A stretch of DNA of 64,000 nucleotides from a bacterium (GTDB taxonomy: Bacteria; UBA8248; JACPRG01; G963555815): positions 224,001-288,000 of the forward strand of contig CAUVWX020000002.1 in assembly GCA_963555815.3 (NCBI GenBank), written 5' to 3'. The first letter of the stretch is position 1. Every line of letters starts with the position of its first letter. The notes under the pieces were generated by a model. It did not search any database and was not told the DNA's origin. It was given only the letters and a program-made list of their open reading frames with translations. Shown piece after piece: positions 51,834 to 60,865 of the stretch. The position numbers were made by a program, and so were the translations under genes.

Positions 51834-53993
51834 ATGGGAAAAGAGCTCTTTCTAGAGATCGGAACAGAGGAAATCCCCTCAGGGTTTCTCCCCAAGGCCT
51901 TGGAAGACCTGAAAGGGCACGCGGAGGAGTCTCTAGAGAGGGCCCGGATTCCCTTTGGCGAAGCGAGGACGCTCGGGACACCTCGCCGTCTGGTCCTCGT
52001 GGTCACTGATGTGGCCGAGGCCCAGGCCCCCTTTAAAGAGGAGGTCATCGGCCCCGCGCGAAGGGCGGCCTACAACGATCAAGGGGAGCCCACACGGGCG
52101 GCCACCGGGTTCGCCCGAAGCCAGGGGGTCCCTGTCGAGTCGCTTGGCGTGGTGCAAACGTCCCGAGGCGAATATGTCCAGGCCGTCCGCGAGGAGCTGG
52201 GAAAACCCGCCGAGGAAGTCCTCCAGGGTCTCCTGCCCGAGCTCATCTCAGACCTAAGCTTTCCCAAATCCATGCGCTGGGGGGTAGGGGACTTTCGCTT
52301 CGCCCGACCCATTCACTGGCTCGTGGCCCTGCTGGGAGGCACCCTTCTCTCATTTGAGCTCGATGGGGTGAAGAGTGGTGGCGCCTCTCGGGGGCATCGG
52401 TTCATGGCCCCTGGGTCCTTTCCTGTCGAAGATTTTAGGCAGTATCTCCAGGCGGCGCGGGAGCGGTTTGTCATCGTGGACCCTCAGGAACGGTTAAAAC
52501 TCATGGAAGCGGGAGCCCGGGCTGCCGCAAAAAGCGTCGGAGGGGAGGTCCTGCACGATGAGGAGCTTCTCCAAGAGGTCACCCACCTTCTCGAGTTTCC
52601 GACGGCCGTCCTGGGCGACATTGAGGCCCGCTATCTTGCGCTCCCCCGGGAGGTCCTCATCACCGCCATGCGACGGCACCAGCGCTTCTTCTCCGTGAAA
52701 AACGCCAATGGGGAGATTTTGCCGCACTTCATCGCCTTCAGCAATACGGAGCCAGAGGACCTCTCTTTCATCCGGCAAGGAAACGAGCGAGTTCTTCGGG
52801 CGAGGCTCTCCGACGCAGAATTTTTTTTCCGCGAGGACGTAAAGAAGCCACTGGAGACCTTCGTGGAATCCCTGAAGGGGGTCATCTTTCAAAACACCCT
52901 GGGGACCTCCTACGAGAAGGTGGAACGCATCGTCTGTCTGGCGCAGCACCTCGCCGCCCGGCTGGAGCCTGACCTCGAGGAGGTCACGCGCCGGGCCGCA
53001 TATCTTTGCAAGGCGGACCTCGAGACCCAGATGGTCTATGAGTTCCCGGAGCTCCAGGGGTATATGGGACGGGAGTATGCCCGGCTCCAGAAGGAGCCGG
53101 AGGTCGTGTGCCAGGCCATCTCGGACCACTATTCTCCTCGCTCGGCTAAGGACCCGTACCCCCCGAAGGGCCCCGGGGCCCTAGTGGGGATTGCCGACAA
53201 GCTCGACACCCTGACGGGTTACATTGGATTGGGGCAGACCCCCAGTGGCTCCCAGGACCCCTATGGGCTGAGACGGGCTGCCCGGGGAGTTCTGGGAACT
53301 CTCATCGCCCACGGCTATCGCCTTTCCCTGCAGGATCTGATCAGGGAATCCGCTCATCTTCTCTGTGAGCGCGTCGGCGAAAACGAGGAGGACCTGTTTC
53401 AAGAGGTTTTCGTCTTTCTCAGAGGAAGACTTGCGAACCTCTGGGTCGGCGATGGGCATCGGGCGGATTTGGTCGAGGCGGTCCTTTCGGCAGGCTGTGA
53501 GGATGTGGTTAATGCCGGAAAGCGCCTGGAGGCCCTCAAAAGGGTGGCAGAGGCGGAGGACTTTGAGGCCCTCACGACGACCTTTAAACGAGTGGCGAAC
53601 ATCATCATCCAGGCGAGGGAGAAGGGGATGATTCCCTCTTCGGATCAGCGACCGAAGGGGGGTGGCCGGAAGGCGGCCTCTGGCAAGACCGACGCAGAAA
53701 AATCTTTCTCTGTCGACCCGGCCCTGCTGGAAGAGCCCGCCGAAAAGGCCCTTTTTGAGACATATCAATCCAAGGCGAAGGAGGTTGGAGCCTGGAGCAA
53801 GGCCGAGGATTATCTGGCGGGCCTGACCACCACGGCAGGACTTCGCTCCGCCGTGGATCGTTTTTTCGACGATGTCCTGGTGATGTGCGACGATGAGGCC
53901 CTGAGGGAAAACCGCCTGGCCCTTCTCGCCTCGATCGGTGGACTCTTTGAGCCGGTCGCGGATTTTCGGAAAGTGCTCGTTAAGGCCCTGTAG
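51834..53993 (+). CDS. glyS: Glycine--tRNA ligase beta subunit
   Basis: EIGTEEIP, TPRRL, FPKSMRW, EFPELQG, DPYGLRR, NRLALL. Confidence 0.96.
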   Translation: MGKELFLEIGTEEIPSGFLPKALEDLKGHAEESLERARIPFGEARTLGTPRRLVLVVTDVAEAQAPFKEEVIGPARRAAYNDQGEPTRAATGFARSQGVPVESLGVVQTSRGEYVQAVREELGKPAEEVLQGLLPELISDLSFPKSMRWGVGDFRFARPIHWLVALLGGTLLSFELDGVKSGGASRGHRFMAPGSFPVEDFRQYLQAARERFVIVDPQERLKLMEAGARAAAKSVGGEVLHDEELLQEVTHLLEFPTAVLGDIEARYLALPREVLITAMRRHQRFFSVKNANGEILPHFIAFSNTEPEDLSFIRQGNERVLRARLSDAEFFFREDVKKPLETFVESLKGVIFQNTLGTSYEKVERIVCLAQHLAARLEPDLEEVTRRAAYLCKADLETQMVYEFPELQGYMGREYARLQKEPEVVCQAISDHYSPRSAKDPYPPKGPGALVGIADKLDTLTGYIGLGQTPSGSQDPYGLRRAARGVLGTLIAHGYRLSLQDLIRESAHLLCERVGENEEDLFQEVFVFLRGRLANLWVGDGHRADLVEAVLSAGCEDVVNAGKRLEALKRVAEAEDFEALTTTFKRVANIIIQAREKGMIPSSDQRPKGGGRKAASGKTDAEKSFSVDPALLEEPAEKALFETYQSKAKEVGAWSKAEDYLAGLTTTAGLRSAVDRFFDDVLVMCDDEALRENRLALLASIGGLFEPVADFRKVLVKAL

Positions 53994-54160
53994 GAGCGTA
54001 AAAAACGTTAGCAAATTTATTTTGTCGCCTTATTATTGTTCCCTGTATTATCTTCTTTCCTTGAACAACGGTAATGACAGGGGGAACACTCCGCCTGTTC
54101 TGGAGAGGGTTTCACACTGGAGCGTCTGTGCTGCATCTTTAAAGGGAGGCTGATTGCCTG

Positions 54161-56794
54161 ATGGAGAAATATGTCTATGCCTTTGGCGGAGGGGTGACGG
54201 AAGGCGGGGCCGATATGAAAATGCTCCTTGGCAACAAAGGGGCCAACCTGGCCGAGATGTCCTCTCTTGGACTCCCGGTGCCGCCGGGTTTCACCATTAC
54301 GACAGAGGCTTCTGACCACTACTTCAAGAACGGCGGAGAGTATCCCGAAGGAATGTGGGAGGAGGTCGACAAAAACCTCGCTCGGGTGGAGGGCGAGATG
54401 GAGGCGAAGCTGGGCGATCCGACGAACCCCCTTCTCGTCTCCGTCCGATCCGGGGCCGCGGTTTCCATGCCGGGGATGATGGACACGGTCCTCAACCTTG
54501 GCCTCAATGATAGAAGCGTAGGGGGGCTCTCAGCCCGGACGGACAATCCTCGATTCGCGTGGGACAGTTACCGGCGCCTTGTCACTATGTTTGGAGATGT
54601 GGTCCTCGGCCTCGAGCGCCGGGAGTTTGAGGAGCGCCTGGAGGCCCTGAAGGGGCGGGTTGGCGTTAAAGAGGATCAGGCGGTTGACGTTGAAAGCCTC
54701 CAATCCCTCGTCAAGGAATATAAAAGCCTTGTCCAGCAAAAGCTCAACCGGGAATTTCCCCAGGACCCCCGCGAGCAGCTTCGCCTTGCCATCAATGCCG
54801 TCTTTGATTCCTGGAACAGTGACCGTGCCAAGACCTACCGGCGCCTGAACCAGATGTCCGAAGTGGGCGGGACGGGGGTCAATGTCCAGGCCATGGTCTT
54901 TGGAAACTTAGGGGAGACCTCAGGGACAGGGGTGGCCTTCACGAGAAACCCCTCGACGGGCGCGAAGGAGTTCTACGGGGAATTTCTGATGAATGCCCAG
55001 GGGGAGGATATAGTTGCGGGCACCCGGACCGCCGAGCCCATCTCCAGCCTGAAGACCCCGATGCCCGAGGTATATCAGGCCCTGGAGGGGATCGCCCAGA
55101 AGCTGGAGTCCCACTACAAGGACATGCAGGACCTCGAGTTCACCATCCAGGCTGGAAAGCTCTACATGCTCCAGACCCGGACGGGCAAGCGGACCGCCGC
55201 CGCTGCGACTCGGATCGCCACCGAAATGGAAAAGGAAGGGCTAATTGACAAGGCGACGGCCCTCCTTCGGCTGGATCCAGAGCAAATGGAACAACTCCTC
55301 CACTACCGGATCGACCCGAATAGCCAGGTTCAGGTGATCGCGCGGGGGCTCGCCGCCTCGCCGGGTGCCGCCGTGGGAAAGGCCGTCTTCACCGCCGAGG
55401 GGGCAGAGCAGAAGGCGGCCAAGGGGGAGCAGGTCATCCTCATCCGAATGGAAACCTCCCCTGATGACATTGGGGGAATGTACGCAGCCCAGGGGATTCT
55501 GACGGCTCGTGGCGGCCTGACCTCCCATGCGGCCGTCGTGGCCCGGGGCATGGGGAAGTGCTGCGTGGCAGGCTGCGACGAGATCCGGGTGGACGAGGAA
55601 CAGGGGCGATTCACTGCGGACTCGGTCGAGGTTCGGGAAGGGGACTTCATTACCCTGAACGGGTCCACAGGCGAGGTCATCCTGGGAGAAACAAATCTCG
55701 TAAAGCCTGAAGTTTCAGACCACTTCTCAACGATCCTTGACTGGACGGATGAGGTTAAGGTTCTGGGGGTGCGGGCCAATGCAGACACCCCCCACGATGC
55801 GCAGGTCGCCCGGGACTATGGGGCCGAGGGGATTGGCCTCTGTCGCACAGAGCATATGTTCTTTGAAGGGGATCGCATCGACTCCGTCCGGGCCATGATC
55901 CTGGCCAAGGGGGAGGGGGAGCGGCGCAGCGCCCTGAAAAAACTTCTCCCCATACAGACCCAGGACTTTGAGGATATCTTCGAGGTCATGGATGGCCTCC
56001 CTGTCACTATCCGCTTCCTCGACCCTCCGCTTCACGAGTTTTTGCCCAAGACCGAGGATGGGATGGAGGCCCTGGCCCGAAACATGGGGATGAGTCTGGA
56101 TCACATCAAGGCCACGGTGGAGGAGCTGACCGAGTTCAACCCCATGCTGGGACATCGGGGATGCCGTCTTGGCCTCTCTTATCCGGAGATTTATGAGATG
56201 CAGGCCGAGGCCATCTTCACGGCCGCCTGTAGGAAGGCCCGGGAGGGGCGGAAAGTCCTGCCCGAGATCATGATCCCGCTGGTGGCTGACGTGGCGGAGC
56301 TCAGGGCCAACAGGGAGATGGTCCGGCGTTTCGGAAAAGAGGTCATGCGCCGCGAGAAGGTGAAGGTGGACTACCTGATCGGGACCATGATCGAGCTTCC
56401 GCGGGCCTGTCTCACGGCCCGTGAGATTGCGGCCGAGGCTGACTTTTTCTCCTTCGGGACCAACGACCTGACCCAGACCGTCTATGGCCTCAGCCGGGAC
56501 GATGCGGGGCGTTTCCTGCCGGAATATCTGACAAAGGGCTACTTCTCCAGGGACCCCTTCGTCGCCATCGACCGCGCGGGGGTGGGAGAGATGATCCACA
56601 TGGCTGTCAAAAAGGGGAGGGCGCGACGGCGGAAGTTGAAGGTGGGAATTTGCGGGGAACACGGAGGAGAACCCTCCTCGGTGGAATTCTGCCATCAGGT
56701 GAACCTGGATTACGTGAGCTGTTCCCCATTCCGCGTTGTCATTGCCCGTCTGGCAGCCGCCCAGGCGGCCCTGCGGTATCCGGCGGGGAAATAA
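54161..56794 (+). CDS. ppdK: Pyruvate, phosphate dikinase
   Basis: LLVSVRSGA, GGLTSHAAVVARG, GLCRTEHMF, SFGTNDL. Confidence 0.97.
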   Translation: MEKYVYAFGGGVTEGGADMKMLLGNKGANLAEMSSLGLPVPPGFTITTEASDHYFKNGGEYPEGMWEEVDKNLARVEGEMEAKLGDPTNPLLVSVRSGAAVSMPGMMDTVLNLGLNDRSVGGLSARTDNPRFAWDSYRRLVTMFGDVVLGLERREFEERLEALKGRVGVKEDQAVDVESLQSLVKEYKSLVQQKLNREFPQDPREQLRLAINAVFDSWNSDRAKTYRRLNQMSEVGGTGVNVQAMVFGNLGETSGTGVAFTRNPSTGAKEFYGEFLMNAQGEDIVAGTRTAEPISSLKTPMPEVYQALEGIAQKLESHYKDMQDLEFTIQAGKLYMLQTRTGKRTAAAATRIATEMEKEGLIDKATALLRLDPEQMEQLLHYRIDPNSQVQVIARGLAASPGAAVGKAVFTAEGAEQKAAKGEQVILIRMETSPDDIGGMYAAQGILTARGGLTSHAAVVARGMGKCCVAGCDEIRVDEEQGRFTADSVEVREGDFITLNGSTGEVILGETNLVKPEVSDHFSTILDWTDEVKVLGVRANADTPHDAQVARDYGAEGIGLCRTEHMFFEGDRIDSVRAMILAKGEGERRSALKKLLPIQTQDFEDIFEVMDGLPVTIRFLDPPLHEFLPKTEDGMEALARNMGMSLDHIKATVEELTEFNPMLGHRGCRLGLSYPEIYEMQAEAIFTAACRKAREGRKVLPEIMIPLVADVAELRANREMVRRFGKEVMRREKVKVDYLIGTMIELPRACLTAREIAAEADFFSFGTNDLTQTVYGLSRDDAGRFLPEYLTKGYFSRDPFVAIDRAGVGEMIHMAVKKGRARRRKLKVGICGEHGGEPSSVEFCHQVNLDYVSCSPFRVVIARLAAAQAALRYPAGK

Positions 56795-56803
56795 GGCCCC
56801 AAA

Positions 56804-57949
56804 ATGCCAAGGTGGCATCCTGAAGAGGCGGGCTTGATGCGCCAGGCCCTTCGACTGGCTGGCCAGGCAAAGGGCAGGACCCATCCCAACCCCATGGTGG
56901 GGGCCCTGGTGGTGAGAGGGGGCCGCATCGTGGGCCAGGGCTATCACCGGAAGGCCGGAGGCCCGCACGCTGAGCTTCTGGCCCTTCGGGCAGCCCGCTC
57001 CCGCGCAAAGGGCGCCACCCTCTATGTCTCGCTTGAGCCTTGCTGTCACGTCGGCCGAACTTCCCCCTGCACGGACGCTATCCTTTTGGCCGGGGTCCGG
57101 GAAGTGGTTGTGGGGATGAGAGACCCCAATCCCCTCGTCTGTGGAAGGGGCATTCGCGCCCTGCGGAGGGCCGGACTCAAGGTCCGGACCGGGCTCCTGG
57201 AGAAGGAATGCCGCCGCCTGAACGAGGATTTTTGCCATCATATTCAGACGGGTCGGCCCCTGGTCATCCTGAAGTCGGCTCTGAGTTTGGATGGTAAGAC
57301 CGCCACCGTATCGGGTGAATCCCGATGGATATCCAGCCCCGCGAGCCGGGCCCACACCCATCGGCTTCGAGAGAGGGTGGACGCCATCTTGGTGGGGATC
57401 GGGACCGTCCTGGCCGACAATCCCAGCCTTACGGCCCGCCCCTCGGGGGGGAAGGGGCGAGACCCCCTTCGAGTCATCCTGGACAGCCGCCTCAAAATTC
57501 CCTTGACCGCTAAGGCATTGAACGTTCACTCTCAGGCTGATACAATTTTGGCGACGACGAGGCACTCCAACCTGAAGCGCAGGGCCGATGTGGCCGCAAA
57601 AGGGGCTGAAGTCCTCGTTTTGAGAGAGGTCCAAGAGGGGGTTTCCCTTCCTCACCTTCTTAGAGTGCTGGGCCGGCGCGGGATCGTGAGCCTGCTCATT
57701 GAGGGAGGGGGCAGAGTGAGTGCAGGGGCCCTCCGGGCCGGAGTTGTTAACAAAGTGATCTACTACCTCGCCCCCATTCTTATCGGGGGCCAGCGGGCGC
57801 CTGGGGCCATTGGAGGCGAGGGGGTGCAGAGGCTGGACGACGCCTTCCGGCTTCGGGACGTTCGGACAAGCCGCCTGGGCCCTGATCTTTTAGTAGAGGC
57901 TTACATTGATGGAGGAGGGAGGCCTCGGCGTGTTTACAGGAATCATTGA
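56804..57949 (+). CDS. ribD: Bifunctional riboflavin deaminase/reductase
   Basis: NPMVG, HAE, LEPCCH...PC, SLDGK, EGG. Confidence 0.96.
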   Translation: MPRWHPEEAGLMRQALRLAGQAKGRTHPNPMVGALVVRGGRIVGQGYHRKAGGPHAELLALRAARSRAKGATLYVSLEPCCHVGRTSPCTDAILLAGVREVVVGMRDPNPLVCGRGIRALRRAGLKVRTGLLEKECRRLNEDFCHHIQTGRPLVILKSALSLDGKTATVSGESRWISSPASRAHTHRLRERVDAILVGIGTVLADNPSLTARPSGGKGRDPLRVILDSRLKIPLTAKALNVHSQADTILATTRHSNLKRRADVAAKGAEVLVLREVQEGVSLPHLLRVLGRRGIVSLLIEGGGRVSAGALRAGVVNKVIYYLAPILIGGQRAPGAIGGEGVQRLDDAFRLRDVRTSRLGPDLLVEAYIDGGGRPRRVYRNH

Positions 57950-58580
57950 TCACCTGGGCGCTGTTTCCTCTCTAAAACCTTCGCCGGAGGGAGCCCGCCT
58001 CACGGTCCATGCTCCCGACGTGGCCCGCCAACTCAAGGCGGGGGAGAGCGTCTCGGTCAATGGGGCTTGTCTCACGGTGGTGGAGAGGACGCAGGAGGCC
58101 TTCAGCGTGGATGTGACCCCCGAGACCCTGAGTAGGACCAACCTCGGGGAGTTGCAATCCCAGAGCCAGGTGAACCTGGAGTTGGCCCTTCAGGTGGGGG
58201 CCCGGCTGGGGGGACACCTGGTCAGCGGGCATGTGGACGCCCCGGGGAAGATCGTGAAACGGGAGCCCCTTGGGAATTCCGTGATGGTGGTCGTTGAGAC
58301 CCCACCTGAGGTGATGAAGTACGTGGTCGAGAAGGGTTCTATCGCCGTGGACGGCGTGAGCCTGACGGTGGTCGAGCGAGGAGAGGGCCGCTTCTCGGTG
58401 GCTATCATTCCCCACACGGCCCAAAAGACCACCCTCAATGAGAAACCGGTGGGCGCCAGGGTGAACCTGGAAGCCGACCTGGTCGGAAAATATGTGGAGC
58501 AGTTTGTGAATCCTTGGCGAAACAGCGAGGCGGTTTCAAGAGGCGCCCAAATGTTTGTGCCAGAACGCGAATATTCGTGA
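57930..58580 (+). CDS. ribE: Riboflavin synthase alpha chain
   Basis: N-terminal MFTGII (GTG start), GACLTV, GGHLVSGHVD, GVSLTV. Confidence 0.96.
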   Translation: MFTGIIDHLGAVSSLKPSPEGARLTVHAPDVARQLKAGESVSVNGACLTVVERTQEAFSVDVTPETLSRTNLGELQSQSQVNLELALQVGARLGGHLVSGHVDAPGKIVKREPLGNSVMVVVETPPEVMKYVVEKGSIAVDGVSLTVVERGEGRFSVAIIPHTAQKTTLNEKPVGARVNLEADLVGKYVEQFVNPWRNSEAVSRGAQMFVPEREYS

Positions 58581-58593
58581 AAAGGCGGTTGGA

Positions 58594-59808
58594 ATGACTG
58601 ATGAGCACCCTTTCCACTCCATAGAAGAAGCCATCGAGGCGATCCGGGAAGGACAGATGGTCGTCCTGATTGATGACGAGGACCGGGAGAACGAGGGCGA
58701 CCTCACGATGGCGGCCGAGCGGATCACCCCCGAGGCCATTAACTTCATGACCCAATATGGCCGTGGTCTATTGTGCCTCACCCTGACTGGCCAGCGGGCC
58801 GACGAGCTTGAGCTGGAGCCTATGGTCCGGAACAATACGGCCTCTCTCGGGACCGCCTTCACTATCTCCATCGACGCCAAGAAGGATGTGGAGACGGGGA
58901 TCTCGGCGAACGACCGGGACGCGACCATCCGCCAAGCCCTGGACCCCAGGACCAAACCCCAGGACCTGGCCAGGCCGGGGCACGTCTTTCCCATTCGGGC
59001 AAGGGACGGGGGTGTCCTGGTACGCGCGGGGCAGACGGAAGGATCGGTCGACTTGGCGCGTCTGGCCGGCCTGAAACCGGCGGGCGTCGTCTGCGAGGTG
59101 ATGAACCCCGATGGCAGCATGGCCAGGGTCCCCCAGCTTCTGAAATTCGCGAGTCATCACGACCTCAAAGTGATTACGATCAAAGATCTCATCGAGTACC
59201 GAATGAGGTGTGAGTCTCTCATTGAGATGGTGACCGAGACCGAGATACCCACCGAACATGGGGTATTCAAGGCGAGGTCTTATCGGGGAAAGATTGGGGG
59301 CCAGATTTATCTCAGCCTGAGTCTTGGGGAGCTCAACGGGGAAGAGGATGTCCTCGTCCGAGTTCATTCCCAGTGCTTGACCGGGGATGTCTTCGGTTCT
59401 TTTCGGTGCGACTGCGGCCCTCAGCTTCACACCGCCCTGTCCATGATCGGCGAGGCGGGGAAGGGGGTTCTTCTCTATGTGGCTCAGGAAGGCCGGGGGA
59501 TTGGCCTGATGAACAAGCTCAAGGCGTACTCCCTCCAGGACCAGGGCCTCGACACGGTCCAGGCGAACGAGGCCCTGGGCTTCAAGTCCGACCTTCGGGA
59601 GTATGGCCTAGGGGCTCAGATCTTGGCCCACTTGGGTCTGAAGAATATCCGCCTTTTGACAAACAATCCCAGAAAGGTGGTGGGTCTGGAAGGCTACGGG
59701 CTTCAGATCACCGAGCGGGTCCCCTTGGAGGTTAAGCCCCGCGAGGAGAATCTCCATTACCTGCAGACGAAGCGGAGCAAGCTCGGCCATCTGCTGAAAA
59801 ATGTCTAA
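58594..59808 (+). CDS. ribBA: DHBP synthase / GTP cyclohydrolase II
   Basis: DDEDRENEGD, RVHSQCLTGD, CDCG, QEGRGIG, TNNP. Confidence 0.97.
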   Translation: MTDEHPFHSIEEAIEAIREGQMVVLIDDEDRENEGDLTMAAERITPEAINFMTQYGRGLLCLTLTGQRADELELEPMVRNNTASLGTAFTISIDAKKDVETGISANDRDATIRQALDPRTKPQDLARPGHVFPIRARDGGVLVRAGQTEGSVDLARLAGLKPAGVVCEVMNPDGSMARVPQLLKFASHHDLKVITIKDLIEYRMRCESLIEMVTETEIPTEHGVFKARSYRGKIGGQIYLSLSLGELNGEEDVLVRVHSQCLTGDVFGSFRCDCGPQLHTALSMIGEAGKGVLLYVAQEGRGIGLMNKLKAYSLQDQGLDTVQANEALGFKSDLREYGLGAQILAHLGLKNIRLLTNNPRKVVGLEGYGLQITERVPLEVKPREENLHYLQTKRSKLGHLLKNV

Positions 59809-59928
59809 ATGTTTAGAGGACCCGGATGCCCGACGGGCAGAGCCACTGTTCGGGGCAATAGTTCGGGGGGGGGGCCGCCAGGAACAGGGCGGCTTCTTCT
59901 TTAATGGGCTCTTGAGGAGGCTCCCGCG

Positions 59929-60402
59929 ATACCCAGGGTAACGGAAGGAGATCTCTCGGCGGCCGGCCTAAAGGTGGGGATCGTGGTGAGCCGGTTCAAC
60001 TCCTCGATCACGGACCGTCTCCTAGAAGGGGCGTTGGACGCCCTCCTGCGATCCGGGGCCAAGGAGGGGAACCTTGATGTGGTGCGAGTCCCCGGCGCCT
60101 TCGAGATACCCCTTGTGACCAAGATCCTGGCCGAGAGTAAACGCTATGAGGCTATTGTCTGCCTGGGGGCCCTCATCCGAGGGGAGACACCGCACTTTGA
60201 ACACCTCGCCTCCCAGGTTGCCAAGGGGATCGCCGAGACCTCCCTGGAATCCGGCGTCCCTGTGACCTTTGGGGTCCTCACAGCGGACAGCGCCGATCAG
60301 GCCGTCGAGCGGGCTGGGGGCAAACGTGGCAACAAGGGGGCCGAGGCTGCCCGGACGGCGGTCGAGATGGCGGTTCTCCTGAAAAAGCTGAAGAAGAAAT
60401 AG
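59929..60402 (+). CDS. ribH: 6,7-dimethyl-8-ribityllumazine synthase (apparent ATA start)
   Basis: [23 protein letters not shown]; family-like N-terminus [10 protein letters not shown] starts at ATA 59929 behind GAGGAGG. Confidence 0.93.
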   Translation: MPRVTEGDLSAAGLKVGIVVSRFNSSITDRLLEGALDALLRSGAKEGNLDVVRVPGAFEIPLVTKILAESKRYEAIVCLGALIRGETPHFEHLASQVAKGIAETSLESGVPVTFGVLTADSADQAVERAGGKRGNKGAEAARTAVEMAVLLKKLKKK

Positions 60403-60414
60403 CGAGAGGTCCTT

Positions 60415-60855
60415 ATGGGAACCAGACGGATGGCCCGGGAGGCGGCCCTCAAGATCCTCTACCAGCTGGATCGCTCCGGGGGAGACCCGGAGGAGGCGCT
60501 CAACGTCTATTGGAACGAGCATCCCATGTCGGATGGGGTTTGCCAGTATGCCGAACGCCTCGTCCGCACCACCTGGAAGGAGAAGGAAGACTTCGACACC
60601 ACCATCGCCCGCCTCTCTGAGCATTGGGCCCTTCGCCGCATGGGGGCCGTCGATCGCACCATCTTGCGTTTTGCCGCGTGCGAACTCCTCCTTTTTAAAG
60701 ACATCCCGTCTAAGGTGGCCATCAACGAGGCGGTCGAGCTGGCCAAGAAATATGGGACCAAAGATTCCCCTGCCTTTGTGAACGGGATCCTGGATCAAAT
60801 CAAGCACGAGGCGGAGTGTGAGGGGGTGAAGGGAGGAGGAGCCTCGAAGCCATGA
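60415..60855 (+). CDS. nusB: Transcription antitermination factor NusB
   Basis: RRMAREAALKILYQ, DRTILR, INEAVELAKKY, FVNGILD. Confidence 0.96.
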   Translation: MGTRRMAREAALKILYQLDRSGGDPEEALNVYWNEHPMSDGVCQYAERLVRTTWKEKEDFDTTIARLSEHWALRRMGAVDRTILRFAACELLLFKDIPSKVAINEAVELAKKYGTKDSPAFVNGILDQIKHEAECEGVKGGGASKP

Positions 60856-60865
60856 GAGAGTTCCT

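Noticed and set aside
50603..52048. 481-aa minus-strand ORF
   Set aside because: Antisense to glyQ and glyS; no independent evidence.
56795..56803. FMN riboswitch ahead of the rib operon
   Set aside because: Only 9 nt separate ppdK and ribD, leaving no room for the element.
55727..57655. 642-aa minus-strand ORF
   Set aside because: Antisense to ppdK and ribD; typical high-GC shadow frame.
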